A DNA stretch of 64,000 bases, taken from positions 23,823 through 87,822 of the forward strand of contig JACRPK010000001.1 in the NCBI GenBank assembly GCA_016214005.1. The letters are read 5' to 3'. This document shows, in pieces, positions 49,116-58,857 of the stretch. The position numbers were made by a program, and so were the translations under genes. The stretch comes from Candidatus Wolfebacteria bacterium (lineage in GTDB: Bacteria; Patescibacteriota; Minisyncoccia; UBA6257; UBA9933). The notes beneath the pieces were generated by a model. That model was not told the DNA's origin and ran no database searches. It saw only the letters and a program-made list of their open reading frames with translations. Position 1 is the stretch's first letter. Each line of letters starts with the position of its first letter.

Positions 49116-49640
49116 ATGAAAATAGCAACAGCAAAATTAAATTATTTAAAAATGGCGCCAAGAAAGGTTAGATTGATGGCGGATGTCTTAAAAAAATTAT
49201 CAGCCAATGATGCGCAGGCTCAATTATTGATTAATTCAAAAAGATCATCCGAACCGCTGTTAAAGCTTTTGAATTCCGCAATCGCCAATGCCAAAAATCA
49301 GAATTTGAAATTAGAAAATTTATTTGTCAAAGACATCAGGGTCAATCAGGGGCCGATGCTTAAAAGATTTATGCCTCGGGCGCAAGGAAGAGCGGCAATG
49401 ATCCAGAAAAAAATGAGCCATGTTATTTTAATTTTGGCGGAATCGGAAAAAACCAAAAAACCGAGATTTAAAATGGCAAAAATTGAAAGAATTAAAAAGA
49501 GCGAAGCTCAGAAAATAAAACAGGCCGCTGAGGCGATGAAAGAAAAAGAAAAATCGAAGCCGGAAGGAGAAGAAAAAAAAGTAAAACAGGCGGAAAAACC
49601 GGGAATTGCGAAGAGAATGTTCCAGCGTAAATCTATTTAA
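49116..49640 (+). CDS. rplV: 50S ribosomal protein L22 with charged C-terminal extension
   Basis: APRKVRL, SAIANA, PRAQGRA. Confidence 0.95.
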   Translation: MKIATAKLNYLKMAPRKVRLMADVLKKLSANDAQAQLLINSKRSSEPLLKLLNSAIANAKNQNLKLENLFVKDIRVNQGPMLKRFMPRAQGRAAMIQKKMSHVILILAESEKTKKPRFKMAKIERIKKSEAQKIKQAAEAMKEKEKSKPEGEEKKVKQAEKPGIAKRMFQRKSI

Positions 49641-49646
49641 ATTATT

Positions 49647-50318
49647 ATGGCACAAAAAATAAAACCAAATTCATTAAGAATGGGAATAACTAAAAATTGG
49701 AGCTCAAGATGGTTTCCTTTTAGAGGCAATTTTAAGTCATTTTTAGAAGAAGATGTTTTAATCAGAAAAATTGTCAATGAGAAAATTGCCAATGCCGGAA
49801 TTGATAAGGTTGATATTGAGAGAACTGGCAATAAATGCCGAGTTGTTATTCGCGCTAGCCGTCCGGGTCTTATTATCGGCCGCGGCGGAAAAGGCATAGA
49901 AGATCTGACAAAATTTTTGGAAACAGCTTTGAAAAAATTAAGGAAAGAAAAGAAAATTAACAATAATATTTCTTTAAGTTTAAATATAGAAGAATTGAAA
50001 CGCTTTGAATTATCTGCTAATGTTATCGCTCAGAATATTGCTTGGGATTTGGAAAAAAGAATGCCATTTAGAAGAACAATGAAAAAATATCTTGAGCAAA
50101 TTCTTCAAAATAGAGATGCGAAAGGCGCTAAAATAAAAATGTCCGGAAGACTTGATGGAGCGGAAATTGCCAGAACCGAGCAACTGGCCAAGGGCAGACT
50201 TCCTCTTCAGACTCTTCGCGCGGATATTGATTATGGCGAGGGAACAGCTTTTACGACATACGGAACAATCGGAATAAAAGTTTGGATATTTAAAGGAGAA
50301 ATATTTAATAAAAAATAA
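49647..50318 (+). CDS. rpsC: 30S ribosomal protein S3
   Basis: [31 protein letters not shown]. Confidence 0.97.
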   Translation: MAQKIKPNSLRMGITKNWSSRWFPFRGNFKSFLEEDVLIRKIVNEKIANAGIDKVDIERTGNKCRVVIRASRPGLIIGRGGKGIEDLTKFLETALKKLRKEKKINNNISLSLNIEELKRFELSANVIAQNIAWDLEKRMPFRRTMKKYLEQILQNRDAKGAKIKMSGRLDGAEIARTEQLAKGRLPLQTLRADIDYGEGTAFTTYGTIGIKVWIFKGEIFNKK

Positions 50319-50320
50319 TT

Positions 50321-50731
50321 ATGTTATTGCCGAAAAAAGTAAAACATCGAAAATGGCAGAAGGGCAGATCTATTGATAGGAAGGTGGAGACGCGGGGAAT
50401 TTTTGTAAATTTTGGATCGCATGGATTGCAGGCTCTTTCGGGCGCATGGATTAATTCAAGACAAATTGAAGCGGCCAGAAAAGCGATTACTTTTTTTACA
50501 AAAAAAGGCGGTAAAATTTGGATAAGAATTTTTCCCGATAAACCGATTACCAAAAGACCGCCGGAAGTGACTATGGGAGGCGGAAAAGGAAGCGTTGATC
50601 ATTATGTTTTTCCCGTAAAGCCCGGAAGAATTTTATTTGAAATTGACGGCATAGATAAGGCGTCGGCCAAAGAAGCTTTGCGCCGCGCTGGCCACAAATT
50701 GCCGGTTAAAACGAGAATTGTGGAAAAATAA
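50321..50731 (+). CDS. rplP: 50S ribosomal protein L16
   Basis: [22 protein letters not shown]. Confidence 0.97.
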   Translation: MLLPKKVKHRKWQKGRSIDRKVETRGIFVNFGSHGLQALSGAWINSRQIEAARKAITFFTKKGGKIWIRIFPDKPITKRPPEVTMGGGKGSVDHYVFPVKPGRILFEIDGIDKASAKEALRRAGHKLPVKTRIVEK

Positions 50732-50744
50732 TAAAATAATATAT

Positions 50745-50933
50745 ATGAAAAAACAGGAATTTCAAAAATTAAAAAATAGCTCAGCTGCGGAACTTCAACA
50801 AAGGCTGGCTGATTTTTATAATAAATTGCAAAAATTAAAATTTGACCTAAGGCAGGGCAAGGTAAAAAATATTAAAGAAATCCAGGAAATTAAAAAAACA
50901 ATTGCAAAAATATTAACGATAATAAATTCATAA
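50745..50933 (+). CDS. rpmC: 50S ribosomal protein L29
   Basis: Operon position; IKKTIAKILT. Confidence 0.9.
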   Translation: MKKQEFQKLKNSSAAELQQRLADFYNKLQKLKFDLRQGKVKNIKEIQEIKKTIAKILTIINS

Positions 50934-50939
50934 AATATT

Positions 50940-51167
50940 ATGAGAAAATTACAAGGCACAATAGTTTCGGATAAAATGAACAAAACTCGCGTTATTGAAA
51001 TTACGCGTCTTAAACAGCATCCGAAATATAAAAAATATTATAAAGTGACAAGAAGATTTAAAGCCCATGACGAAACCAATGAATATAAAACAGGCGATAA
51101 AGTTGTGATTGAGGAAACAAGGCCGATATCAAAAGAAAAAAGATGGAAAATAATTTCTAAAATTTAA
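50940..51167 (+). CDS. rpsQ: 30S ribosomal protein S17
   Basis: [25 protein letters not shown]. Confidence 0.96.
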   Translation: MRKLQGTIVSDKMNKTRVIEITRLKQHPKYKKYYKVTRRFKAHDETNEYKTGDKVVIEETRPISKEKRWKIISKI

Positions 51168-51171
51168 ATTT

Positions 51172-51540
51172 ATGATTCAGGAACGTTCAATTTTAAAAGT
51201 GGCTGATAATTCGGGGGCGAAAATCGTTCGTTGTTTTAGGATTTTGGGCGGCACTCGTCGTCGTTATGCGCAGATTGGAGATATTATCGTTACTTCCGTA
51301 CAGGAGGCTGAGCCAAGAAAAAATGTTAAGAAAAAAGATATTGTTAAAGCGGTGGTTGTCAGACAAAGAAATGTTATAAGAAGAAAAGACGGATCTTATG
51401 TAAGATTCGGCGATAATGCGGTTGTTTTAGTTGATGAGAAAAAGGAACCAAAAGCTACCAGAATTTTCGGGCCAATGCCAAGAGAATTGAAAGAAAAAGG
51501 TTTTGAAAAAATAATGACCATGGCAGAGGAAATAGTATAG
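51172..51540 (+). CDS. rplN: 50S ribosomal protein L14
   Basis: [19 protein letters not shown]. Confidence 0.97.
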   Translation: MIQERSILKVADNSGAKIVRCFRILGGTRRRYAQIGDIIVTSVQEAEPRKNVKKKDIVKAVVVRQRNVIRRKDGSYVRFGDNAVVLVDEKKEPKATRIFGPMPRELKEKGFEKIMTMAEEIV

Positions 51541-51588
51541 AGTAATCACGAATAATGCGAATTGAAAGCAAATAATGCGAACACTATT

Positions 51589-51894
51589 ATGAAAATTATT
51601 AAAAACGATACAGTAAAAATATTATCAGGAAAAGACAAGGGAAAGAGCGGGAAAGTTTTGAAAGTTTTTCCGAAAGACGGAAAAATTTTGGTTGAAAATA
51701 TTAATATTTTCAAAAAGCATATCAGGCCGAAAAAACAGGGCGAACAAGGCCAGATTATTGATTTATCGAGGCCAATTTATGCAAATAAAGCGGCAATTAT
51801 TTGTCAATCATGCGGAAAGGCTGTAAAAACCGGTTATCGCATTGAAGGGAAAATAAAATCAAGAATTTGCAAAAAATGCCAGGCAAAAATCTAG
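51589..51894 (+). CDS. rplX: 50S ribosomal protein L24
   Basis: DTVKILSGKDKGKSG KOW motif; C-terminal CxxC pairs. Confidence 0.95.
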   Translation: MKIIKNDTVKILSGKDKGKSGKVLKVFPKDGKILVENINIFKKHIRPKKQGEQGQIIDLSRPIYANKAAIICQSCGKAVKTGYRIEGKIKSRICKKCQAKI

Positions 51895-51922
51895 AAAAAA
51901 TTTAGCAAAATAATTAATAAAA

Positions 51923-52477
51923 ATGAATACAAGTTTAACCGAAAAATATAATAAGGAAATTATTCCGAAAATGAAAGAAAAATTCGGATATAAAAATAAT
52001 TTAGCTGTTCCTTTTTTAAAAAAGGCGGTTATTAATGTCGGCCTTGGAAGAATGAGCCAGCAACCGAATTTTGTTGATAAAATTTTACCGGAAATTATTA
52101 AGGATTTATCTGCGATAACCGGACAAAAACCAAAAACAACAGCGGCTAAAAAATCAATTGCCGGATTTAAATTGAGAGAAGGCCAAATTGTCGGACTTAA
52201 AGTTACTTTACGCCGTAAAAAATTGAATGATTTTTTGGAAAGATTAATCAATATTGTTTTGCCTCGCGTTAAAGACTTTAAAGGAATTGATTTAAAAAAT
52301 ATTGATAAAAATGGGAATTTATCAGTTGGTTTGAAAGAACATGTTGTGTTTCCGGAAATTAATTCTGATCTTTTAAGATTTGACTTTGGTTTGGAAATTA
52401 GTATCGTAAGTAATGCGAAAAACAAGGAAGAGGCGATAGAATTGTATAAATTGCTGGGGATTCCATTTAAAAAATAA
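51923..52477 (+). CDS. rplE: 50S ribosomal protein L5
   Basis: [25 protein letters not shown]. Confidence 0.97.
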   Translation: MNTSLTEKYNKEIIPKMKEKFGYKNNLAVPFLKKAVINVGLGRMSQQPNFVDKILPEIIKDLSAITGQKPKTTAAKKSIAGFKLREGQIVGLKVTLRRKKLNDFLERLINIVLPRVKDFKGIDLKNIDKNGNLSVGLKEHVVFPEINSDLLRFDFGLEISIVSNAKNKEEAIELYKLLGIPFKK

Positions 52478-52481
52478 ATTT

Positions 52482-52667
52482 ATGGCAAAAACATCAGTTA
52501 TTGCAAGATCAAAAAAGAAACCGAAATATTCAACGAGAACAGTTCTGCGCTGTTTTAAATGCGGTCGAAAAAGAAGCTATATAAGAGATTTCGGCTTGTG
52601 TAGAATTTGTTTTAGGGAAATGGCTAGCCGCGGAGAAATTCCGGGAGTTAAAAAAGCCAGCTGGTAA
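52482..52667 (+). CDS. rpsN: 30S ribosomal protein S14 (zinc-binding type Z)
   Basis: RCFKCGR...[19 protein letters not shown]. Confidence 0.96.
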   Translation: MAKTSVIARSKKKPKYSTRTVLRCFKCGRKRSYIRDFGLCRICFREMASRGEIPGVKKASW

Positions 52668-52671
52668 AAAT

Positions 52672-53052
52672 ATGTACATAAATTTATTAACACAACTTAA
52701 AAATGCCCAGGCGGTTAAAAAAGAAAATATTAAAACTGTTTATTCAAAAATGGATGAAAGTATTTTAAAAGTTTTGGCTGGCAATAAATATATTGAAAAT
52801 TTTGAAAAAAAAGGTCAAAAAGTCAAGAAATTTTTAGATATTAAATTAAAATATTCAGATGGAGACGGTGTTATTGGCGGCATAAAATTTATCAGCAAAC
52901 CGTCAAGAAAAATCTATCTCGGCCATGAAGAAATAAAACCGGTTAAGCACGGCTATGGCTTGCTTGTGCTTTCAACTTCTAAGGGAATTATGTCTGGCAA
53001 TGAAGCAAAAAAAAATAAAGTCGGCGGAGAAGCGTTATTTACTATTTGGTAA
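52672..53052 (+). CDS. rpsH: 30S ribosomal protein S8
   Basis: ISKPSRKIY, STSKGIM, GGE. Confidence 0.95.
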   Translation: MYINLLTQLKNAQAVKKENIKTVYSKMDESILKVLAGNKYIENFEKKGQKVKKFLDIKLKYSDGDGVIGGIKFISKPSRKIYLGHEEIKPVKHGYGLLVLSTSKGIMSGNEAKKNKVGGEALFTIW

Positions 53053-53060
53053 TTAAAAAT

Positions 53061-53606
53061 ATGTCAAGGATAGGAAAAAAACCAATAAATATTCCGAGCG
53101 GTGTTGAAATTTCGCTTATTGACGGAATTGTTAAGGTTAAAGGGAAAAATGGAGAAATTGACGTTAAACTTTTGCCGTTTGTTAATTTTGAAAAAAGCGA
53201 TAATGTTATTTCTTTTAACATTGGAAAAAATATCAAACAAGCCCGTTCTAATTGGGGAACAATGAGAGCGCTTGTTAATAATGCGATTTCGGGCGTTGTT
53301 TCGGAATTTTTAAAAACCTTGGAAATAGAAGGCGTTGGTTTTAAAGCAGCAATGGATGGGGCGAATTTAGTTTTAAATATCGGTTTTTCTCATCCGGTTA
53401 AATTTATTTCTCCGAAAGGAATTAAAATTAGCGTTGAAAAAAATACAATTAAAATTTCAGGAATCGATAAAATGTTAGTTGGAAAAATTGCGGCTGAAAT
53501 AAGAGCTTTGAAAAAACCTGAGCCTTATAAAGGCAAAGGAATCAGATATCAAGGAGAAACAATTAAGAGAAAAGAGGGCAAGAAAGCCGCCAGCGCGACT
53601 AAATAA
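53061..53606 (+). CDS. rplF: 50S ribosomal protein L6
   Basis: MSRIGKKPI, PEPYKGKGIRY. Confidence 0.97.
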   Translation: MSRIGKKPINIPSGVEISLIDGIVKVKGKNGEIDVKLLPFVNFEKSDNVISFNIGKNIKQARSNWGTMRALVNNAISGVVSEFLKTLEIEGVGFKAAMDGANLVLNIGFSHPVKFISPKGIKISVEKNTIKISGIDKMLVGKIAAEIRALKKPEPYKGKGIRYQGETIKRKEGKKAASATK

Positions 53607-53625
53607 AATTGTGAAATATTAAAAC

Positions 53626-53976
53626 ATGAATTATAAAAAATCTTTAAATAAAATAATAAAGCGCAGGAAGGCAAGAGTAAGGGCCAAACTTTTTGGAACC
53701 GTCGAAAAACCAAGGCTTTCAATTTTTAAAAGTAATCGCTATATTTATGTTCAGTTAATTGACGATGCGGTTGGTAAAACGGTTGTGAGCGCTTCTACAA
53801 GATCTTTGCCTGTTAAAGATAAGAAGAATTTTGCAGTTTCTCTTGGTGAAATTATCGCAAAAAAGGCCGGAGAAAAAAATATAAACAGCGTTATTTTTGA
53901 CAGGGGCCATTATAAATATCATGGCGAAATTAAAGCCATCGCTGAATCAGCGAGGAAAAGTGGTCTTAAATTTTAG
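53626..53976 (+). CDS. rplR: 50S ribosomal protein L18
   Basis: PRLSIFKSN, FDRGHYKYHG. Confidence 0.96.
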   Translation: MNYKKSLNKIIKRRKARVRAKLFGTVEKPRLSIFKSNRYIYVQLIDDAVGKTVVSASTRSLPVKDKKNFAVSLGEIIAKKAGEKNINSVIFDRGHYKYHGEIKAIAESARKSGLKF

Positions 53977-54002
53977 AATAAAATTATAAAATACATAAAA
54001 TT

Positions 54003-54476
54003 ATGGAAAAAGTTATAGAAAAAGGACACAAAAAAGTTTCTGAATTTAAAGAAAAAGTTCTTGATTTAAGACGCGTGGCGCGCGTTATGGCAGGGGGAAA
54101 AAGATTTAGATTCAGGGCGACTATTATTGTTGGTAATGAAAAAGGCACGGTTGGATTAGGGATGGGGAAAGGTTTTGATGTTGCCCAGTCGGTTGAAAAG
54201 GCCAAATCTAGCGCTAAAAAGAATTTAATTGTTGTTAATTTAAAAAATAGCACAGTTGCCCATGATGTTGATGCAAAATTCAGCGCTGCGAGAGTTTTAA
54301 TCAAGCCAGCCAAAAAGGGTCATGGATTAAAAGCTGGCGGGGCAGTTCGTTCGGTTTTACTTTTGGCGGGCGTTAAAGATGCGACGGCAAAATGTTTGGG
54401 AGGAACAAAAAATAAATTGACTAATGCCATGGCAACTATTGAAGCTTTGAAAAAATTAAAAAGCCAAAAAAGTTAA
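54003..54476 (+). CDS. rpsE: 30S ribosomal protein S5
   Basis: RVARVMAGGKRFRF, AGGAVRSVL. Confidence 0.96.
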   Translation: MEKVIEKGHKKVSEFKEKVLDLRRVARVMAGGKRFRFRATIIVGNEKGTVGLGMGKGFDVAQSVEKAKSSAKKNLIVVNLKNSTVAHDVDAKFSAARVLIKPAKKGHGLKAGGAVRSVLLLAGVKDATAKCLGGTKNKLTNAMATIEALKKLKSQKS

Positions 54477-54484
54477 TAGATATT

Positions 54485-54907
54485 ATGCAATTACACGAAT
54501 TAAAAACAAAATTTAAGAAAAGAGATAAAAAGCGCGTTGGTCGCGGAGGAAAGCGAGGCACGACTTCCGGTCGAGGCACAAAAGGACAGAAATCGCGTTC
54601 TGGTCATCGTATTAGACCGGCTCAGCGCGATTTGATCCAGCGTTTGCCGAAACTCCGCGGTTTTCAAAATAAATCTTTGGTTGATAAATCTTTAACAATT
54701 AATCTTGGCGATTTGGATAAAAAAATTAAGGGGAATTTGGTTGATATTAACGCCTTGATTGAAGCCGGTCTTATAAAAAAATCAGTTAAAAAAGTTAAAA
54801 TTTTAAATAACGGCGATTTGAAGCGCGCCTTAGAAATTAAAGGCTTAAAAATTTCAGCCGGCGCCAAGAAAAAAATTGAATCTGCCGGAGGAAAAATTAA
54901 TGATTAA
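54485..54907 (+). CDS. rplO: 50S ribosomal protein L15
   Basis: RVGRGG..GTTSGRGTKGQKSR, RLPKLRGF. Confidence 0.96.
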   Translation: MQLHELKTKFKKRDKKRVGRGGKRGTTSGRGTKGQKSRSGHRIRPAQRDLIQRLPKLRGFQNKSLVDKSLTINLGDLDKKIKGNLVDINALIEAGLIKKSVKKVKILNNGDLKRALEIKGLKISAGAKKKIESAGGKIND

Positions 54908-56168
54908 TTTTTTTCAAATTTTAAAAATAAAAGATCTTCGCAATAAAATTTTTATTGTTGCTTTTTTGCTGGTTTGTTTCAGATTATTATCGGTTATTCC
55001 GATTCCTGATGTTGATATTGTCAGACTTAAAGAATTTTTGTCTTCAAATCAATTATTCGGATTTTTAAGCATTTTTTCGGGCGGCGCTTTGCAAAATTTG
55101 TCAATTGCGATGTTGGGTGTTGCGCCTTATATTACATCGACTATCATAATGCAGCTTTTGACAATGATTTTCCCGTCATTTAAAGAAATGTATTATGAAG
55201 AAGGCGCTGTTGGAAGGGCAAAATTTAATCGTTATTCAAGATATTTGACAGTTCCTTTGGCCGGTCTTCAGGGATACGGATTTTTAAATCTGCTTGTTTC
55301 AAAAGGAGTTTTGCCTCAGGCGAATTTGTTTAGTTCTTTGAAAGACGTGATTTTGATTACTGCCGGCACCATGATTTTGGTTTGGATTGGCGAGCTTATC
55401 AGCGAACAAAAAATCGGCAATGGCATTTCTCTTATAATTTTTTCCGGAATTGTTGCCGGATTGCCGGGTATGATAAAAAATATGGTTGCTTCTTATAGCG
55501 CTGATATGCTGCTTACTTATGTTGTTTTTGCGGCAGTGGCAATAATAGTTATTGCCGGTGTGGTATTCATCCAGGAGGGAGAAAGAAAAATTCCGATTGC
55601 CTATGCCAAGCAGGTGAGGGGAATGAAAATGTACGGCGGCGCTTCAAGCTATCTTCCTCTTAAAGTCAATCAGGCCGGAGTTATCCCGATAATTTTTGCG
55701 ATTTCAATTTTGCTTTTTCCGCAATTTCTTGCTCAAATTTCTTCAATAATCTCTTCGGATTTCGCTTTAAAATTTAACGAATTGGTGGCTAAATTTTTCA
55801 ATAATCAATATATTTACGCGGTTCTTTATTTTTCATTGGTTGTGATTTTCACGTATTTTTATACAGCTGTTACTTTTGATCCAAAAGAAATTTCCAAAAA
55901 TCTTCAGCGGTCCGGCGGATTTATTACCGGTATTAGGCCGGGCGAATCAACCGCTCTTATGCTTTCAAAAATTATTAATCGTCTTACCTTGAGCGGAGCG
56001 CTATTTTTGGGATTGATAGCGATTTTGCCGAATTTAACTCAAATTATTACCGGAATTTCAATTTTAACGATCGGTGGCACCGCGCTTTTGATCGTTGTTT
56101 CCGTTGCTTTGGAAACAATGAAGCAAATTAATTCGCAATTGGTGATGCGCGATTATGAAACTTTCTAA
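54900..56168 (+). CDS. secY: Preprotein translocase subunit SecY
   Basis: LGVAPYITSTII, GNGISLIIF, LKVNQAGVIPIIFA, GIRPG. Confidence 0.97.
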   Translation: MINFFQILKIKDLRNKIFIVAFLLVCFRLLSVIPIPDVDIVRLKEFLSSNQLFGFLSIFSGGALQNLSIAMLGVAPYITSTIIMQLLTMIFPSFKEMYYEEGAVGRAKFNRYSRYLTVPLAGLQGYGFLNLLVSKGVLPQANLFSSLKDVILITAGTMILVWIGELISEQKIGNGISLIIFSGIVAGLPGMIKNMVASYSADMLLTYVVFAAVAIIVIAGVVFIQEGERKIPIAYAKQVRGMKMYGGASSYLPLKVNQAGVIPIIFAISILLFPQFLAQISSIISSDFALKFNELVAKFFNNQYIYAVLYFSLVVIFTYFYTAVTFDPKEISKNLQRSGGFITGIRPGESTALMLSKIINRLTLSGALFLGLIAILPNLTQIITGISILTIGGTALLIVVSVALETMKQINSQLVMRDYETF

Positions 56169-56874
56169 AAAAAATCTTCCGAAGAAAATTGCAGTGATAT
56201 TTTACGGACCGCCTGGAGCCGGCAAAGGAACTCAAGCCCAGCTTTTGGCGGATAAATTAAATTTGTTTCATTTTGATACCGGCAGGTATATAAGAGATAT
56301 TATTTATGACCCAACTCTTCAAAAAAATAAAATTATCCAAAAAGAGAGAAAAATAAATGAAGCCGGCGGACTTAATACGGCTTCCTGGATTTTTGAAATT
56401 GTCAGTAAAAAAATTGATGAATTAAACAAATTAAATAAAAGCGTTGTTTTAAGCGGTTCGCCCAGGACAATGGCTGAAACTTTTGGCGATAAAAAAACAA
56501 AAGGACTGATCGAACTTTTGGAAAAAGATTACGGCAAAAAAAACATTTTTATTATTGCCCTTAATTTGACAGAAAGCGAATCTTTAAAACGAAATACTCA
56601 TCGTTTAATTTGCTCTCAATGCCGCTTGGCGATATTGTCTTCAATTCCTCAATTTAAAAATTTAAAAATGTCAAAATGCCCATTTTGCGGAGGAGATTTG
56701 AAACATCGTTTTGACGATAAAAAAGAAGTTATTTTGCGCCGTTTGGAATCTTATAAAGAAATGACATATCCGATTATCGGGGAATTGGCAAAAAGAAAAT
56801 ATCGGATTATAAAAATCAATGCCGCGCCGCTGCCTTATCAGGTTCATCAAAAAATAATTGGTTATTTAAAATAA
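56155..56874 (+). CDS. adk: Adenylate kinase
   Basis: GPPGAGKGTQA P-loop; CxxC..CxxC lid; follows secY. Confidence 0.88.
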   Translation: MKLSKKNLPKKIAVIFYGPPGAGKGTQAQLLADKLNLFHFDTGRYIRDIIYDPTLQKNKIIQKERKINEAGGLNTASWIFEIVSKKIDELNKLNKSVVLSGSPRTMAETFGDKKTKGLIELLEKDYGKKNIFIIALNLTESESLKRNTHRLICSQCRLAILSSIPQFKNLKMSKCPFCGGDLKHRFDDKKEVILRRLESYKEMTYPIIGELAKRKYRIIKINAAPLPYQVHQKIIGYLK

Positions 56875-56876
56875 TT

Positions 56877-57641
56877 ATGGTTCGTATTTATTCTCAAGAA
56901 GAAATTGAGAAAATTGCGGCTTCCGGAGGAATTTTAGCAAATGTTTTAAAGAGTGTTGCAAAAGAAGCCAAAATCGGAGTAAGTTTGAAAGATTTGGACA
57001 ATTTAGCTTTTAAACTTACGAAAGAAGCTGGCGCAGATCCGGCTTTTTTGGGGTATCGACCCAGAGGAGCCGAAAAATCATACAGCGCTTCAATTTGCTC
57101 TTCTTTAAATGATGTGGTGGTTCACGGACTTCCAACGAGCTATAAATTAAAAAATGGGGATATCTTTAAAATTGATTTTGGCGTAAAATATCAAGGATTT
57201 TATTCTGATTCGGCAATAACGATTGCTATTGGAAAAATTTCAAAAGAAGCGGATAATTTGATAAACGCGACTAAAATTGCCCTTGATGAAGCAATTTGTA
57301 TGGCGCAGCCGGGAAATCATTTGGGAGATATCGGCTGGATAATTGAAAAAATCGCTAAAAAATTTAAAGTTAAAGTTATAAAAAATCTTACTGGCCATGG
57401 CATTGGAAAAAATCTTCACGAAGAGCCGACGATTTATAATTTTGGGGAAAAGGGAACTGGATTAGAATTAAAACCAGGAATGGTTTTGGCGATTGAGCCG
57501 ATGTTTTCAACTGGCACGGATCAAATTATCCAGAAAAAAGATGAAAGCTGGGCAACAAGAGACAGGAGTTTATCGGCTCATTTTGAGCATACGATAGCCA
57601 TAAGAGAAAGCGGCTCTAGCGTGTTGACGAATTATATTTAA
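56877..57641 (+). CDS. map: Methionine aminopeptidase type I
   Basis: VVHGLP, DFG..DSA, GHGIG..LHEEP, AIEPM, SAHFEHT. Confidence 0.96.
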   Translation: MVRIYSQEEIEKIAASGGILANVLKSVAKEAKIGVSLKDLDNLAFKLTKEAGADPAFLGYRPRGAEKSYSASICSSLNDVVVHGLPTSYKLKNGDIFKIDFGVKYQGFYSDSAITIAIGKISKEADNLINATKIALDEAICMAQPGNHLGDIGWIIEKIAKKFKVKVIKNLTGHGIGKNLHEEPTIYNFGEKGTGLELKPGMVLAIEPMFSTGTDQIIQKKDESWATRDRSLSAHFEHTIAIRESGSSVLTNYI

Positions 57642-57663
57642 AATGTAAAAATCAATCAATTTT

Positions 57664-58386
57664 ATGAATCCTTATCTTTCAATAATTATTCCGGCTTATA
57701 ATGAAGCTAAGCGCTTGCCCTTAACTTTGATTGATATCAATAAACACCTTCAAAATGTTGATTTTTCTTATGAAATTATTGTGGTTGACAATAATTCAAC
57801 TGACGCAACTCCGGAAATTGTTGAAAGGTTTTCTCATTTAATTGAAAATTTAAAAATTATTAAATGCAACGCGCCGGGAAAAGGCGCTGCGGTAAAACGC
57901 GGAATGCTTGAGGCCAAAGGAGAAATTCGTCTTTTTACGGATGCAGACAATTCAACCTCAATAGATCAATTTTTTAAGATGGAACATTATTTTAAAAGCG
58001 GTTATGATGTTGTGATCGGCTCACGCGATGTTGAGGGCGCCAAACTTGTGCCTCCTCAACCGTTTTATAGAAGAGTTCCCGGGAACATCGGCAATTTGAT
58101 AATTCAGACTTTGCTTTTGTCGGGCATTTGGGATACGCAGTGCGGGTTCAAAGCTTTTACAGCCGAAGCGACGGAAAAAATTTTTCCGCTTTTGAAAATC
58201 AGCCGCTGGGGGTTTGATGTTGAAGTTTTGTCGCTTGCTAAAAAATTCGGATATAAAATAAAAGAAATTCCGGTTGTCTGGGTGAATAATCCGTTTTCTA
58301 AAGTAAGGGCGTCGGATTATTTGCAAGTTTTGCTAGAAGTGATTAAAATACGATATTGGTTAACAATGAAAAAATATAAAATATGA
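57664..58386 (+). CDS. Glycosyltransferase family 2 (dolichyl-phosphate glucosyltransferase-like)
   Basis: SIIIPAYNE, GKGAAV, FTDAD, DTQCGFK. Confidence 0.9.
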   Translation: MNPYLSIIIPAYNEAKRLPLTLIDINKHLQNVDFSYEIIVVDNNSTDATPEIVERFSHLIENLKIIKCNAPGKGAAVKRGMLEAKGEIRLFTDADNSTSIDQFFKMEHYFKSGYDVVIGSRDVEGAKLVPPQPFYRRVPGNIGNLIIQTLLLSGIWDTQCGFKAFTAEATEKIFPLLKISRWGFDVEVLSLAKKFGYKIKEIPVVWVNNPFSKVRASDYLQVLLEVIKIRYWLTMKKYKI

Positions 58387-58841
58387 CAAATTTTTATTTA
58401 ACAAAAGAACGCGTTGAGGAATTGAAAGTTGAATTAAATAGGCTTAAAAAAGAAGGCCGAAGCGAAATCGCGGCTAAACTTAAGCGCGCTAAAGAATACG
58501 GCGATTTGTCGGAAAATGCCGAGTATTCCGAGGCAAAAGACGAGCAAGCCCGCGTTGAAACTAGAATTTTTGAGCTTGAAAATATTTTGCGCAATGTTTC
58601 AATAATTAAAAAAACCAGCGGACGGGATAATGTTTCAATAGGAGCGACGATTGAAGTTAAAAAAGGATCCAGGGTTATAAAATACACGATTGTCGGTTCA
58701 AATGAAGCCAAGCCTGAAGCGAATCTCATTTCCAATGAATCTCCATTGGGCAAAGCTTTTTTGGGCAAGAAAAAAGGCGATAGCGTTGAAGTCCAAACTC
58801 CCAGCGGAAAGGTAGAATATAAAATAATGAAGATTGAGTAG
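58383..58841 (+). CDS. greA: Transcription elongation factor GreA
   Basis: GDLSENAEY, ISNESPLGKA. Confidence 0.96.
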   Translation: MTNFYLTKERVEELKVELNRLKKEGRSEIAAKLKRAKEYGDLSENAEYSEAKDEQARVETRIFELENILRNVSIIKKTSGRDNVSIGATIEVKKGSRVIKYTIVGSNEAKPEANLISNESPLGKAFLGKKKGDSVEVQTPSGKVEYKIMKIE

Positions 58842-58857
58842 CCCTAATCATATTTTC

